From IMG/VR virus record IMGVR_UViG_3300046454_000825, positions 14,876 through 78,875 of that record: a DNA stretch of 64,000 nt; one strand, written 5' to 3'. Below are positions 51,956 to 61,524 of this stretch, one piece after another; positions within the stretch are counted from its first letter, which is position 1; each line of letters starts with the position of its first letter. Made by a program: the position numbers and the translations under genes. Source of the stretch: a virus. Below the pieces are notes generated by a model that was given only the letters and a program-made list of their open reading frames with translations, did no database searches and was not told where the DNA came from.

Positions 51956-52954
51956 CGACAAAAAGGCCGAGGAGCAGGAGACAGTCCAGTACAAATCTCG
52001 CGCCGAGGAGATGCTCGGCTTGGCTTATGATGCCATCAAATCGAGTCCGCTAGAGCTAGAGAAGGCTCAAATTGCGGCCCAGGTAGGAATCGGCTATTCG
52101 CTTCTGGCTAACGGACTCGACGCCGAGGTCTTCTATGCCCTCTTTCACGGCCCAGACGATCAGGCGACGATGAACACTTGGAGCAGTGAGGTATGAAGCG
52201 CAAGATCGAGAAGGTCGAATCGGTCAGCAGCTTCTTAGCTCCGGGCGAGACTTGGAACGCCACGCTTGAGTGCGGTCATCTTGTCGTTCTGAAGGCCCGG
52301 CCAGACGATCTCGACGGCGACAAGTACATAGACTGTGAGGAGTGCGCCGGCGGTGATATGAGTGAATGCCCGGCGGTCGGCGTTCTGGGCGTTCATGTAT
52401 GGGATGACGAGGTGGAACCTGACCACTGTGTCAATTGTGGAAAATCATATGGGGGAGGCTCTGATGAGGCTCAAGCTCAGGCCGAGTAAACATCTGCAGG
52501 CTCCTCCCGCCCAGCATCGGCTGACGGTGATCGCCGGCCAGCATCGCGGTCCCGAAGAGGGTGAGGTCTTCCGCGTCGACATTCCGATGGAGCTCTACCG
52601 CGATTCGATGGGCGAGATCTTGATGATCCCGGACAGCGCATGGCGCAGCTACACCGACGGCGAACCGGTGAAGATGGATTACATCGAGGTTCGAGTCCGA
52701 AGCCTCGTGGGGCGCGCGTGAATGAAATACGAGATCAGGTTTCTCGATGGTCCAGGGGTCGGTCGCACGATCGAAGTCGAAAACCTTCACAAGTACGTCT
52801 GGCTGGTCAACGACGGGAATCGCAAGTGGACCTTCACCGAGCCATACGGCATCCCGGTGGAGACCAAATATCGGCTGGAAGGACATGCTCCCCGGCCAGA
52901 CGGCACCTATTTGCTGACCTTCGGCGAGTGTCCCCCCCCAGGGGTGGATTAGAC

Positions 52955-53320
52955 ATGCAGATCCATTGCCCTCGGTGCGCCCATCGGTCCGTCGAGTCAA
53001 GGGCCGAACCCGGGAAGCTCCGCTGCCTGATGTGTCGGAGGGTCTTCGAGCCCAGAGAGGCACTGGTCTCGCTGGAGGATGCTCAGGCCGCGGTGAAGGC
53101 AGTCGACCATCCGATCCGCCAGTCGATCACCGCTCAGCTCGCTGCCAACGGCGAGCTCTCCCCCTCGCAGATCGCCGAGAAAACCGGCATCGACCTGGGG
53201 ACCGTCTCCTACCATGTCGCGGTGCTTCGGGAGACCGTGCCGCCGATCCTGAAGCGCACCAAATCGGTCCCCAACCGTGGGGCTATCCAGAACTTCTACG
53301 AACTGGTCGGGGCTGTCTGA
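52955..53320 (+). CDS. Zn-ribbon + ArsR-like HTH regulator
   Basis: CPRC...CLMC; DHPIR...LSPSQIAE...LGTVSYHV...RGAIQNFY. Confidence 0.75.
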   Translation: MQIHCPRCAHRSVESRAEPGKLRCLMCRRVFEPREALVSLEDAQAAVKAVDHPIRQSITAQLAANGELSPSQIAEKTGIDLGTVSYHVAVLRETVPPILKRTKSVPNRGAIQNFYELVGAV

Positions 53321-53697
53321 TGACACCGAGTCCCGATCAGAAACTTGCGGCGAAGGCCCGACTGGAGCGCGCCGGCGTGATCTTCTATGACACCCGCGAC
53401 GCGGCCGACACGATGTCGCGGCTTCTGGCCGACTACGCACTCGTCGGAGGGCCGACGATTGGCGAGCTGGTGAAACGGGCAAAGGGGCATATCAGGAGGC
53501 TTGATGAGACTTCGAATTGAGATGGGCAGCCAGGACAAAGGAAACCAGCGCGTCACCACAGAGGACGGCGAGCTGGTGGAGGGAGTGAAAGCCATCCGGT
53601 GGAGCTCCAAGGCGGCTGAGCGTCCCATCATCGAGATCGAGTTCTTCCCCGAGCGAGTTGACATAGATCTCGGGGCACCATCTACCGAGGAGGGGTA

Positions 53698-54183
53698 ATG
53701 CGCATCCAGGTTGCATTCATCAACAAGTCCACCGTCGTCACCGACGCGGAGCTGACTCCGATCGTCACGGCGCTGCAGAAGCAGGTCGACCACGACTTCA
53801 GGCCCACATGGGGAGTCGCCGCTGCGCTGGTACAGGTTCCCAAAGGCGGAGAGATCCCACTGAACCACGCTTGGATCGGCATCTTCGACGACAGCGACCA
53901 GGCCGGCGCGCTGGGCTACCACGACCTGACGCCGCAGGGCTTCCCGGCCGGCAAGGACGAGACGCTTTCCTTCCGCGGCCACGTCACCGAGCCGTTCTCG
54001 CTCGCCGCCGGCGGCTACGCCAGCTACGTCGATCTGAGGAACCTCGGCGCGGGCTGGCAGCAGGTCGACGCCGCCGAGGCGGGAGTACCCGGTCAGCGGC
54101 CGGTCGGCTTCCCCCCGGGCTCGCGTCGCGCCCGCCGCGCGCGCGTGTGGGACAACGACGTTCAGGTGAGCGAGCCTGCGTGA
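53698..54183 (+). CDS. hypothetical protein, possibly an internally deleted metallopeptidase-family member
   Basis: ALQKQVDHDF.P.W...DDSDQAGALGYH N-terminus and PF.L..GGY C-terminus, with no central HE segment. Confidence 0.45.
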   Translation: MRIQVAFINKSTVVTDAELTPIVTALQKQVDHDFRPTWGVAAALVQVPKGGEIPLNHAWIGIFDDSDQAGALGYHDLTPQGFPAGKDETLSFRGHVTEPFSLAAGGYASYVDLRNLGAGWQQVDAAEAGVPGQRPVGFPPGSRRARRARVWDNDVQVSEPA

Positions 54184-55052
54184 AGTTCGCGTTCAACGAT
54201 CGGGTGTGGGACAAGAAACGGCGTGGGCCGGCGTTGGTGTTGGACGCTGGCCCAGATGGATACAAGGTCGCCGAGATCCTGTCTTACCTCAGACTTGGTC
54301 GACTGGCGGAGCGGCACGAGGATGATCTCGATCACCTCGTTGAGGTGGCAATGCCAGCAAGTGAGGTCAGGGCGCTCTTGTCCTCTGCAAACGGAGAGGA
54401 GACCTTTCCCGATTACCTTGAAGACGCAGCAGGTCGATTGCTGAACCTACTCGAAGAAGTGATCGGAGAGGAACCATGAACCCTGTTGACGACACAGCTT
54501 TCGAGACCGTTGAAATCGAGGGTGTGGCTTACAAGGTGCCGCAGCCGGTGGTCAAAGAGATCGAGGTTCTACGCGAGCGCGACTTCGAGCTGATCAGGAG
54601 CTTCAAGGCCAACGACGATGACACCATCATCATCACCTTTCCCGACGGGCTGGGTCCGGATGCGATCGAACGTCTCGGCGAAATGGCGCAGAAACAGTTC
54701 GGCGAGGGCCGGATCGCTCTGGTGCCGGAGAGCATGGGCTTTCACACCCAGGAGAAGCTCGCTGAGCTACTGAGCGTCGGCGCTGACATGGCGGCTGCCC
54801 TTGAAGACACCAGCGACATCATGGCTGGCTACAAAGCCGTTAAGGCCTGGAAAGAGCTGACCGAGTGAAAGCCGGGGTCAAATACAAGGTGGCAACTCGT
54901 CACCAGTTCGAAGGTGAGTACGTCGAAACGGTCACCGACGACGATGAGAACCCCATTGCTCACATCTTCGACACCGGAGGCAAGAGCAAGGGCGGCAAGG
55001 CCACTCTTCGAAAGGTGCCGGCGCGCAGCTTCATCGGAGCCACGAAGGTGAA

Positions 55053-55229
55053 ATGATCTCCGTCGGCAACCATGAACTGGTCTCCGCTCGGGACTTCCAG
55101 CGGGAACTGGGGAAACGTACCGATGCGTTGAAAGAGGACGATGAGGTCGAGAAGATCGTCATCACCAAGCACGGCAAGATGGAGTTTGTCGTGCTCACCG
55201 TCGCCGACTACGAGAGGCTGAGCAAATGA
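55053..55229 (+). CDS. Phd/YefM-family antitoxin-like protein, 58 aa
   Basis: VSARDFQRELGK...KIVITKHGKMEFVVLTVADYERL; ATGA overlaps both sides; below ORF-track cutoff. Confidence 0.75.
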   Translation: MISVGNHELVSARDFQRELGKRTDALKEDDEVEKIVITKHGKMEFVVLTVADYERLSK

Positions 55230-55853
55230 GCGAGGAGAGCATCGACGTCAGCGGTGAGGATGGCGGGCGACCGCATGTAACGATTGGCGAGACTCCAAAG
55301 CCGGGCGAGACAGTGGACAAGGTGTTCGTCTTGGTCGGGGTCGTGAAGGGTGGCGGCGAGGGCATCTATGGCCACAAGATCGGCGACCAGATGGTTAGCT
55401 TCGTCACCGACAAGCCCGATCTCAAGGAACTGCTGGAGCGTCATATCCGCGACGTCGGTTCGATCGAGGTCTGTCGGCGCGAGGGCACTCGATTGGAGTG
55501 GCGCGTCTTCGAGAAGACCGACGAGATCGAAGTCATTACATGACACCCCGGTCTCCGAGGCATCAGGAGATCAGCGACCTCAAAGAGGTTCAAGGGCTGA
55601 TCGAGAAGGCGCTTCCTTCGAGTCACCCGGCAATCTCCAAACTGGAGAACGCGATTGTCGTGATCGAGGGCTATGAAGCGGCTCCCGGCTCTCAGCTCCT
55701 GGAAGCGTTGATCGTCGAGCCGGCAAAAATGGAAGAGCTGATGTACACGGTCGGAGACTGGATGCGCGGCGCTAAGGACTGGGCCGAGGTTGAGGTGTTG
55801 TTCCGCCACATCGAGTCCCACGCAGGTGCGCAGGGCGAGTACCTTCCAGCGCG

Positions 55854-56426
55854 ATGAGGGCAAAGATTCCGCCGAAAGAGCTGCGTGATCTGTGGGCCAA
55901 GATCCCCTCCGTCAAGTGCCAGGGGAAGTGTGCGAACTCCTGCGGGCCGATCGGCTGTTCGTCGCTGGAGCGTCGGCTGATCGAGGGTCGGGCTGGGAAG
56001 ATCCTCAGGGCCGAGGGCGAGGAGAAAGACTGCACGATGCTGAAGTTCGGCCGCTGCAGCGTCTACTCCATTCGACCGGTGATCTGTCGCCTCTGGGGCG
56101 CGGTGCCGTCGATGCCCTGCCCGCACGGCTGTGAGCCCGAGTTCGAGCTCTCCGATGCAGACGGTTACATCCTGATGGCCGAGGCTTCGAGAATCTCCGG
56201 CGACCCTGACGGCCATGCGATGGAAGACCTGATCAACTCAGCCCCGGCCGGGTTCTGGGACGCACTGAAAGAGTACGCCCAGGGCGCGCCGGATCTGGCC
56301 GGTCACTCGGTCACGAGCCGCCGAGCTTCGGCCGAGCGACTGGTGGAGGTGGGCAAAGCTGTCCGCATTTCGCGAGGAAAAACGATGAGGGACTTGACAC
56401 AGCCGCCTCCGGATGTCGTAGATTAG
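55854..56426 (+). CDS. YkgJ-like Cys-cluster (Fe-S/Zn) protein
   Basis: CQGKCANSCG; CTML...CSVYSIRPVICRLWG. Confidence 0.8.
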   Translation: MRAKIPPKELRDLWAKIPSVKCQGKCANSCGPIGCSSLERRLIEGRAGKILRAEGEEKDCTMLKFGRCSVYSIRPVICRLWGAVPSMPCPHGCEPEFELSDADGYILMAEASRISGDPDGHAMEDLINSAPAGFWDALKEYAQGAPDLAGHSVTSRRASAERLVEVGKAVRISRGKTMRDLTQPPPDVVD

Positions 56427-56430
56427 AACC

Positions 56431-57105
56431 GTGCCGACTTACCAAGCAGGCGGATGGGGCGGGATGGGGGCCTACCGGGTCCAGCGGGTCGATCAGGGCC
56501 AGGACTTCGAGATCCCGGTCGACAACTGGATTACCTCTCCCGGCAACGGCGAGATCGTCGAGCACGCCTCCGATGCGCCGTTCCCAACCGGCTTCGGCTC
56601 TCCCTACGCGGTCGTCAGGATCGACGACGGCCCATTCGGCGGGGGCACCTACTACGTCGGCCACTGCAACCGCGACGTCCGGCCCGTAGGCACGAAGCTG
56701 GCTCCCGGCGACCACATCGCCCGGGCCAACAACTCGCTGAACGCCGGCTGGGGCTGGTGCGAGCTCGGTCTCTGGCCTCCGGGTCCGATGGGCAACGGCT
56801 TCGCGATCGACCAGCTCTTCCACCCGGTCCAGATCGGTGAGGACTTCAAGCCGCTCCACAAGGGCTCCAAAGGACCGCGGGTCGTCCACTACACGCGCCG
56901 GCTGGCCTACATTCGACGCAAGCATGGCGCGGCCTTCCTGAAGCACTGGTACTGGCGATACCTGCCGGAGGTCGTAGAAGGTGTGCGCGCCTTCCAGCAT
57001 GAGCATGGCCTGGAGGTCGACGGAACGATCGGACCTGACACGGCCAAGCACATCCAGGACGTCTTCGAGCACCAGTTCGAGGAACGCAAGCCCAAGCGCA
57101 AATGA
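56431..57105 (+). CDS. endolysin: M23-like peptidase fold + peptidoglycan-binding domain
   Basis: RVDQGQD...YYVGH; LHKGSKGPRV...VRAFQHEHGLEVDGTIGPDT; leaderless TAGATT-N6-GTG. Confidence 0.8.
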   Translation: MPTYQAGGWGGMGAYRVQRVDQGQDFEIPVDNWITSPGNGEIVEHASDAPFPTGFGSPYAVVRIDDGPFGGGTYYVGHCNRDVRPVGTKLAPGDHIARANNSLNAGWGWCELGLWPPGPMGNGFAIDQLFHPVQIGEDFKPLHKGSKGPRVVHYTRRLAYIRRKHGAAFLKHWYWRYLPEVVEGVRAFQHEHGLEVDGTIGPDTAKHIQDVFEHQFEERKPKRK

Positions 57106-57530
57106 GGCGCGGTAGCTTCGCCAACCTGTTCTGCACTCGGCGGGGCTATCCGATCAAGAAGCACAATCGGCGCACGCTGCAGTGTCAGATGCAGTGCGAG
57201 GGTGGCAACGCGAAGAACAACCCCTTCAACACCACCCAGAAGATGCCGAACTCGACCGACTACAACCACATCGAACCCGGTGTGGCTGTCCAGAATTACA
57301 CGACGACGCTGGAAGGGCTCGAAGCGCTCGATAAGACTTTCGACGACAATCCTGACTTCGCCGGGATCGACCACGCCCTTCGGGTCAACCTGCCTGCCCG
57401 TCAGAGCATCGGCCTGATCGGCCGCTCCCCATGGGGAACGGCTCCCAAACTGCTCGTTGAAGTGCTCTCATGGATCGCCCGCGTTCCGGGTGTCCTGGCT
57501 CTACTCGAACGCAAACAAATCGCCTCATAG
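57102..57530 (+). CDS. second lysin, lysozyme/glucosaminidase-like
   Basis: QCEGG..KNNPFNTTQ...VQNY...EGLEA...SPWGT. Confidence 0.6.
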   Translation: MRRGSFANLFCTRRGYPIKKHNRRTLQCQMQCEGGNAKNNPFNTTQKMPNSTDYNHIEPGVAVQNYTTTLEGLEALDKTFDDNPDFAGIDHALRVNLPARQSIGLIGRSPWGTAPKLLVEVLSWIARVPGVLALLERKQIAS

Positions 57531-57541
57531 AAAGGATGTCC

Positions 57542-57943
57542 ATGAACAGCATCGTCGACGAATTGCTGATGAAGCTGCCTCTCGCCAGTACCGCATTTCT
57601 CGCCTACGCCATCGTCGGGGCAGCGATGCTGTTCTCCGGCACGCTCGACTACGACACCTACGCCAGCAACCTGCTCGCCGTCGGCATCGCCTGCGGCGCG
57701 ATCGGGGTTCCGAGGGCGCTGTCGAAGAGGTCGAAGGGGATCGTCTCGGCGAACTTCCTCGGCTTTATCGAGTCACTGCCGATACCGACCATCGTGTTCG
57801 GGGTGTTCCTGATAGCCAGTTCAGTGGATTTGATCATTGGCGGCATCGTGTTCGGGGAATTCACCTCAAACCTGGAGGAAGTCGGTATCGCCTGTGGTGT
57901 GGTACAGGCAGCGAGGACCGCGGAGCACATCTTCCAGAACTAG
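57542..57943 (+). CDS. holin-like membrane protein with internal duplication
   Basis: AGAAAGGA RBS; two copies of LP....F...G......SNL..VGIACG....R; follows lysins. Confidence 0.65.
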   Translation: MNSIVDELLMKLPLASTAFLAYAIVGAAMLFSGTLDYDTYASNLLAVGIACGAIGVPRALSKRSKGIVSANFLGFIESLPIPTIVFGVFLIASSVDLIIGGIVFGEFTSNLEEVGIACGVVQAARTAEHIFQN

Positions 57944-57974
57944 GCTGCAATTTCCGGGATCTTCCGTCACAGGA

Positions 57975-58004
57975 CGAAGGGGCTGCTTGCGAGCGGCCCC
58001 TTCG
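57975..58004 (+). terminator. hairpin after lysis genes
   Basis: CGAAGGGGCTGCT-tgcg-AGCGGCCCCTTCG; weak U-tract. Confidence 0.55.
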
Positions 58005-58022
58005 GCGTTGTAGGATGCGCGC

Positions 58023-58259
58023 ATGAACTGTCCGGCGTGTGGTGCAGAGATCGTGAGTGTCAATCTCCCCGATGGAGAGCAGAAGACGCTCGATGCCCAC
58101 GCGCAGGCGTATAGCGGCCCCGATCGGTACATGATCGAAGGCGAAGACGCCAGCAAGGCCCGGCCCGTCAGTCCCACTGTCGATGGCTATGCCTACGGCG
58201 ACCACGACGTCACCTGTCCAGCCAAGGTGCGCGAGCGGGAGAAACGCGAACGGCTCTAA
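58023..58259 (+). CDS. small Zn-binding protein
   Basis: Leaderless TAGGAT-N6-ATG; CPACG...HDVTC. Confidence 0.65.
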   Translation: MNCPACGAEIVSVNLPDGEQKTLDAHAQAYSGPDRYMIEGEDASKARPVSPTVDGYAYGDHDVTCPAKVREREKRERL

Positions 58260-58276
58260 CCAGTAGGAGGTGGGGG

Positions 58277-58597
58277 ATGAACAGGACGGTCCAACGCGAG
58301 ACTGCCTTGAAACGAGCAAACGACGTGCGCCAGAATCGCTCAGCGCTGAGGCGCGAGCTGAGGGCGAGTAAAACCAGAAGCCGGCAGCGTGCCAACGAGA
58401 TTCTCGGTGAGGTGCCCGGCTGGCTGGAGACCTGCAAAGTCGAGCGCTTCCTGGTCTTCTTCCCAGGGATCGGCAAAGTCCGGGCTCGGGCGATCATGCG
58501 GACGCTGAGGCTCAAGGGCAGCGAGCGGCTGGGCGTGCTGTCCCCGCAGACCCGGGTCGAGCTCGCGGTGCTGCTCGGCCGCACCGGGGCGCGCTGA
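58277..58597 (+). CDS. mihF: actinobacterial integration host factor (mIHF/sIHF, H2TH) homologue
   Basis: QRETALKRANDVRQNRSALRREL...KVERFL...PGIGKVRARAIM...RLGVLSPQTRVEL; AGGAGGT RBS. Confidence 0.8.
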   Translation: MNRTVQRETALKRANDVRQNRSALRRELRASKTRSRQRANEILGEVPGWLETCKVERFLVFFPGIGKVRARAIMRTLRLKGSERLGVLSPQTRVELAVLLGRTGAR

Positions 58598-58917
58598 TCG
58601 ACTCGGACCTCTTCTATCCGCCGAGGGATGCCTTCGGCCGCAAGGTCCCCCACAAGATCGGGCTCCCCACCTGGCTCAAGGTCGCTCCTTTCCTGCCGCA
58701 GTGCTTCCCAGATCGAGTTCCGCCCGAATTTTGGGCAGAATCCGTGGACGAAAGGGGGAAGCCCGACATCATCGTCTCGTGTCCCTGCGGCGAGGAGGTT
58801 CACCTTCACTTCGCCGGCATGGCCGACTGCGCCTGCGATCGGATGTTCCTGCACACCGGCCAGGAGGTTCGCTGCGGCCGGTTTGAGAAGGAGCAGCCGG
58901 AGGAGGTCGTAGATTAG
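58594..58917 (+). CDS. Cys-rich hypothetical protein with probable CTG start
   Basis: Open frame ..IDSDLFYPP...SCPCGEE...CACDRMF...VVD; begins at a CTGA overlap with the mIHF stop. Confidence 0.5.
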   Translation: MIDSDLFYPPRDAFGRKVPHKIGLPTWLKVAPFLPQCFPDRVPPEFWAESVDERGKPDIIVSCPCGEEVHLHFAGMADCACDRMFLHTGQEVRCGRFEKEQPEEVVD

Positions 58918-58945
58918 ATATGAGCGCTCACCCCAGCCATGTCTC

Positions 58946-60333
58946 GTGCGAATCGACCCCGACACCAAAGACGCCCTCCTCTTCGCGGTGGGGATATTGG
59001 GCATCGTGGCGCAGGGCGTCCTCTACGCTTTCGGGGTCCCGCCTTCGATTCCGCTGATCGGGGCCTACCTGACAATGAGCGGGGTGGCGACGGTCTCCTC
59101 GATGTACGGAGGGTCCAGTGAGCGACGGGACGACGATGATGAATCGCCGCGTCCTCGGCGCAAGAGGAAGGGAACAAATGCGGATAGACGGGACTCCGAT
59201 GATTCCTGAACCTTTCCACCGTCTCCGAAAAGCAACGGTGAAAACCCCGATCATCTTGCTGTATGCTGCCGTGATCGTCACGGTACTTACGATTCTCTAC
59301 TGGTTGCTGGGAGGGTAAGTGGAGCATTCGAGGCTGGTTAAGCCACCCACGAGGTGGAGCGGTCGAGTCACGATGTTCCTTGCTCTTTACATCGCGATCG
59401 CCGTGACGGTGCTCGGTGTTTTGATCCTCGAATCGGTCGGGGAAAACGCTGAACAGAGCAAGCAGATCGCTCAGCAGGGAGTCCGCATCGCCCGCCAGGC
59501 GCGCGCGTCCGCGAAGAAGAATCAGATCAGCGCGATCAAGGGCTGCTACCGCGGCAACTATGTCCGGGAAAAGATCAACGTGATCTCCGGAGCTCTGACC
59601 AGCCTGCTGCAACGCTCGGTGGCCGAAAGCGAAAAGATCACGCCGCTGACGCCCAGCCAGGTCAAGTTCCTCGAACTGGAGTATCGTCGTCTCAAGCCGT
59701 TGAGGAAAGTCAACTGCAAGAAGCACTATGGAGATGCTCCGAAACCTTCTTCATCCCCATCGCCATAAACTCGCGATCGCGGCGAGCTTGGCGATTGTCG
59801 CGGCCCTGACCGGCCTCGGCCTTCTAGCCAATTCGATCTCGGAGCGGCAGACGAGGGTCGAGCATACGGTCAAGCTGCAGACCGTCAAGGTCCAGCAGCT
59901 CCTCTGCGAGCATCCGAAGACCAAATCGTGCGAGAGGCATGCCTACAACCTGATCGCGTCCTGCGTCGCCGTCAAGCCCTGTCACCAGCTACTCGTCTTG
60001 GCGTCGACGACGCCGACGGACATCCCGATCGCCGCGCCGGCGGCAAAGCAGGTCTTCGAACCTGAACCCGAAGGGGGTGGTCCCCAGCCCTCCCCAGGGC
60101 ATCAGCAAGCCGGGGGCCACGAGCCCCCGCCTGGTCATCACTCGCATCCAGGCAAGCAGCATCCAACGCCTTCTCCGGAACCTGCCCCAGCACCAGCTCC
60201 AGCAGCCCCAGCTCCAACCGCGCCTCCCGCTTCAGCTCCCCCAGGGCATGAAGAAGGAAGCCCGGCCCTGAAGGTCTGTGCGGATCTGCCGCTGATCAAG
60301 AAGTGCGTCGAAGCGGACGTCGCCGTCGAATAA
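58946..60333 (+). CDS. four membrane proteins, lysis-accessory-like (58946-59209, 59178-59318, 59319-59768, 59728-60333)
   Basis: N-terminal transmembrane helices, coiled coil/Cys pairs, Pro-rich tail. Confidence 0.55.
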
Positions 60334-60406
60334 CTTGCGCCGGCGGGCTGGGTGCGGTATACCTTCTCGCCTTGGCTAGTAGCAACGCGACCCATCTCAT
60401 TCTCCG

Positions 60407-60748
60407 GTGCCTGTAAAGACCGACTGGCACGAGACGGAGGCAGCCTGCGTCCCCGATCTGTCGGGGGTCGATCCGTTCGAGACGGCATCATTGCCATCCA
60501 TGGACGCGCTCAGTCTCGACATCCCGGCCGAGGAGCTGCAGCGTCGGCTCCGGCTGCTGGTCAAACGCGAGGGCAATCTCTTCGCCGAGGGCGTCGTCTG
60601 CAGGATCAAGGACAACGACGAGTCCTCCTGTCTGGCCTGCCCGTTGAACCAGATCGGCAAGGAGACGGCAAAAGCCGCACTGTGCGGAATCGGCTGCGAC
60701 CAAGAGCGCGTCGTCACCCTTATGCTCGCTCAGCGTGAGCGGGTCTAA
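60407..60748 (+). CDS. Cys-rich hypothetical protein
   Basis: C..KD...SCLACP...LC..G. Confidence 0.5.
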   Translation: MPVKTDWHETEAACVPDLSGVDPFETASLPSMDALSLDIPAEELQRRLRLLVKREGNLFAEGVVCRIKDNDESSCLACPLNQIGKETAKAALCGIGCDQERVVTLMLAQRERV

Positions 60749-61187
60749 GGGGCCGCGGCCCTACACACAGCGGCAGGCGAAAACCATCTTCCTTCGAGTG
60801 CCGAAGGCAGACTGGGGTTTGGTGCGCGCCGGCCGCAAGACGGAGTTCAGGGCCTCACCGTCGGTATGCCCGCAGCTCTGGAAGGTCGAACCACCGGTGC
60901 CCGTCGTCGCCTACGCGGTCTTCGGCGATCGGTACAAAAAGGAGCTCATGGTCGTCGAGGAGGCCTGGCGGGAGCCCCTCGGCGCGATCACCGAGGAGTC
61001 GCTGCGGCGGGAGCGCCAACCGGATCTGGCCCACTTCCGCCGCTACTGGATGGCCAGAGAGAACACCGCCTTCAAACCGATGCGGATGGTGTCGGTCTTC
61101 CGCGTGCGGCCCTGGCGCGAGGGCGACGATCGAGCGATGGCCGACCGGCTTCTCGAACTGCTCTACGGAGAATTCCTTGGACCTTGA
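60735..61187 (+). CDS. ASCH/PUA-like protein
   Basis: VRAGRKTEFR; EPLGAITEESLRRE; FRRYW. Confidence 0.6.
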   Translation: MSGSKGPRPYTQRQAKTIFLRVPKADWGLVRAGRKTEFRASPSVCPQLWKVEPPVPVVAYAVFGDRYKKELMVVEEAWREPLGAITEESLRRERQPDLAHFRRYWMARENTAFKPMRMVSVFRVRPWREGDDRAMADRLLELLYGEFLGP

Positions 61188-61524
61188 TCGGCGGGAATTC
61201 CACATGGAGGCAGCCGGCCAGCGGATCTGCGCGCAAAAGGGCTGTCGCAACACTTGGCCGTGGCACCCCCACCATGTGGTCTACGAACAGCACTGCCCTG
61301 AGGGGTTCAAATCGGACCCACGCAACTGCCTGCGCCTTTGTCCAGACTGCCATGCGAACCACCACGGGCGCGCGAGGCCAATCCTCCTTACCCAGCTAAG
61401 AGACGCAAATTACGAGTTCGCATTCGAGGTGCTGGGATCAGCCGCTTATGACTACCTACGCACACGTTACGATGGCGACGATCCCCGACTAGAGGAATGG
61501 CGTGAGCGGACCACTGACGTTTGA
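61177..61524 (+). CDS. HNH endonuclease (packaging-associated)
   Basis: C...C; HHV; NCLRLCPDCHANHH; next to terminase. Confidence 0.8.
   Translation: MDLDRREFHMEAAGQRICAQKGCRNTWPWHPHHVVYEQHCPEGFKSDPRNCLRLCPDCHANHHGRARPILLTQLRDANYEFAFEVLGSAAYDYLRTRYDGDDPRLEEWRERTTDV

Noticed and set aside
57536-57544. Lambda-type holin dual start (Met-Ser-Met)
   Set aside because: The first ATG overlaps the SD and no charged residue lies between the starts
61300-61320. tRNA T-loop-like GGTTCAAATC
   Set aside because: Lies inside the HNH CDS with no cloverleaf; no tRNA recognised anywhere in the window
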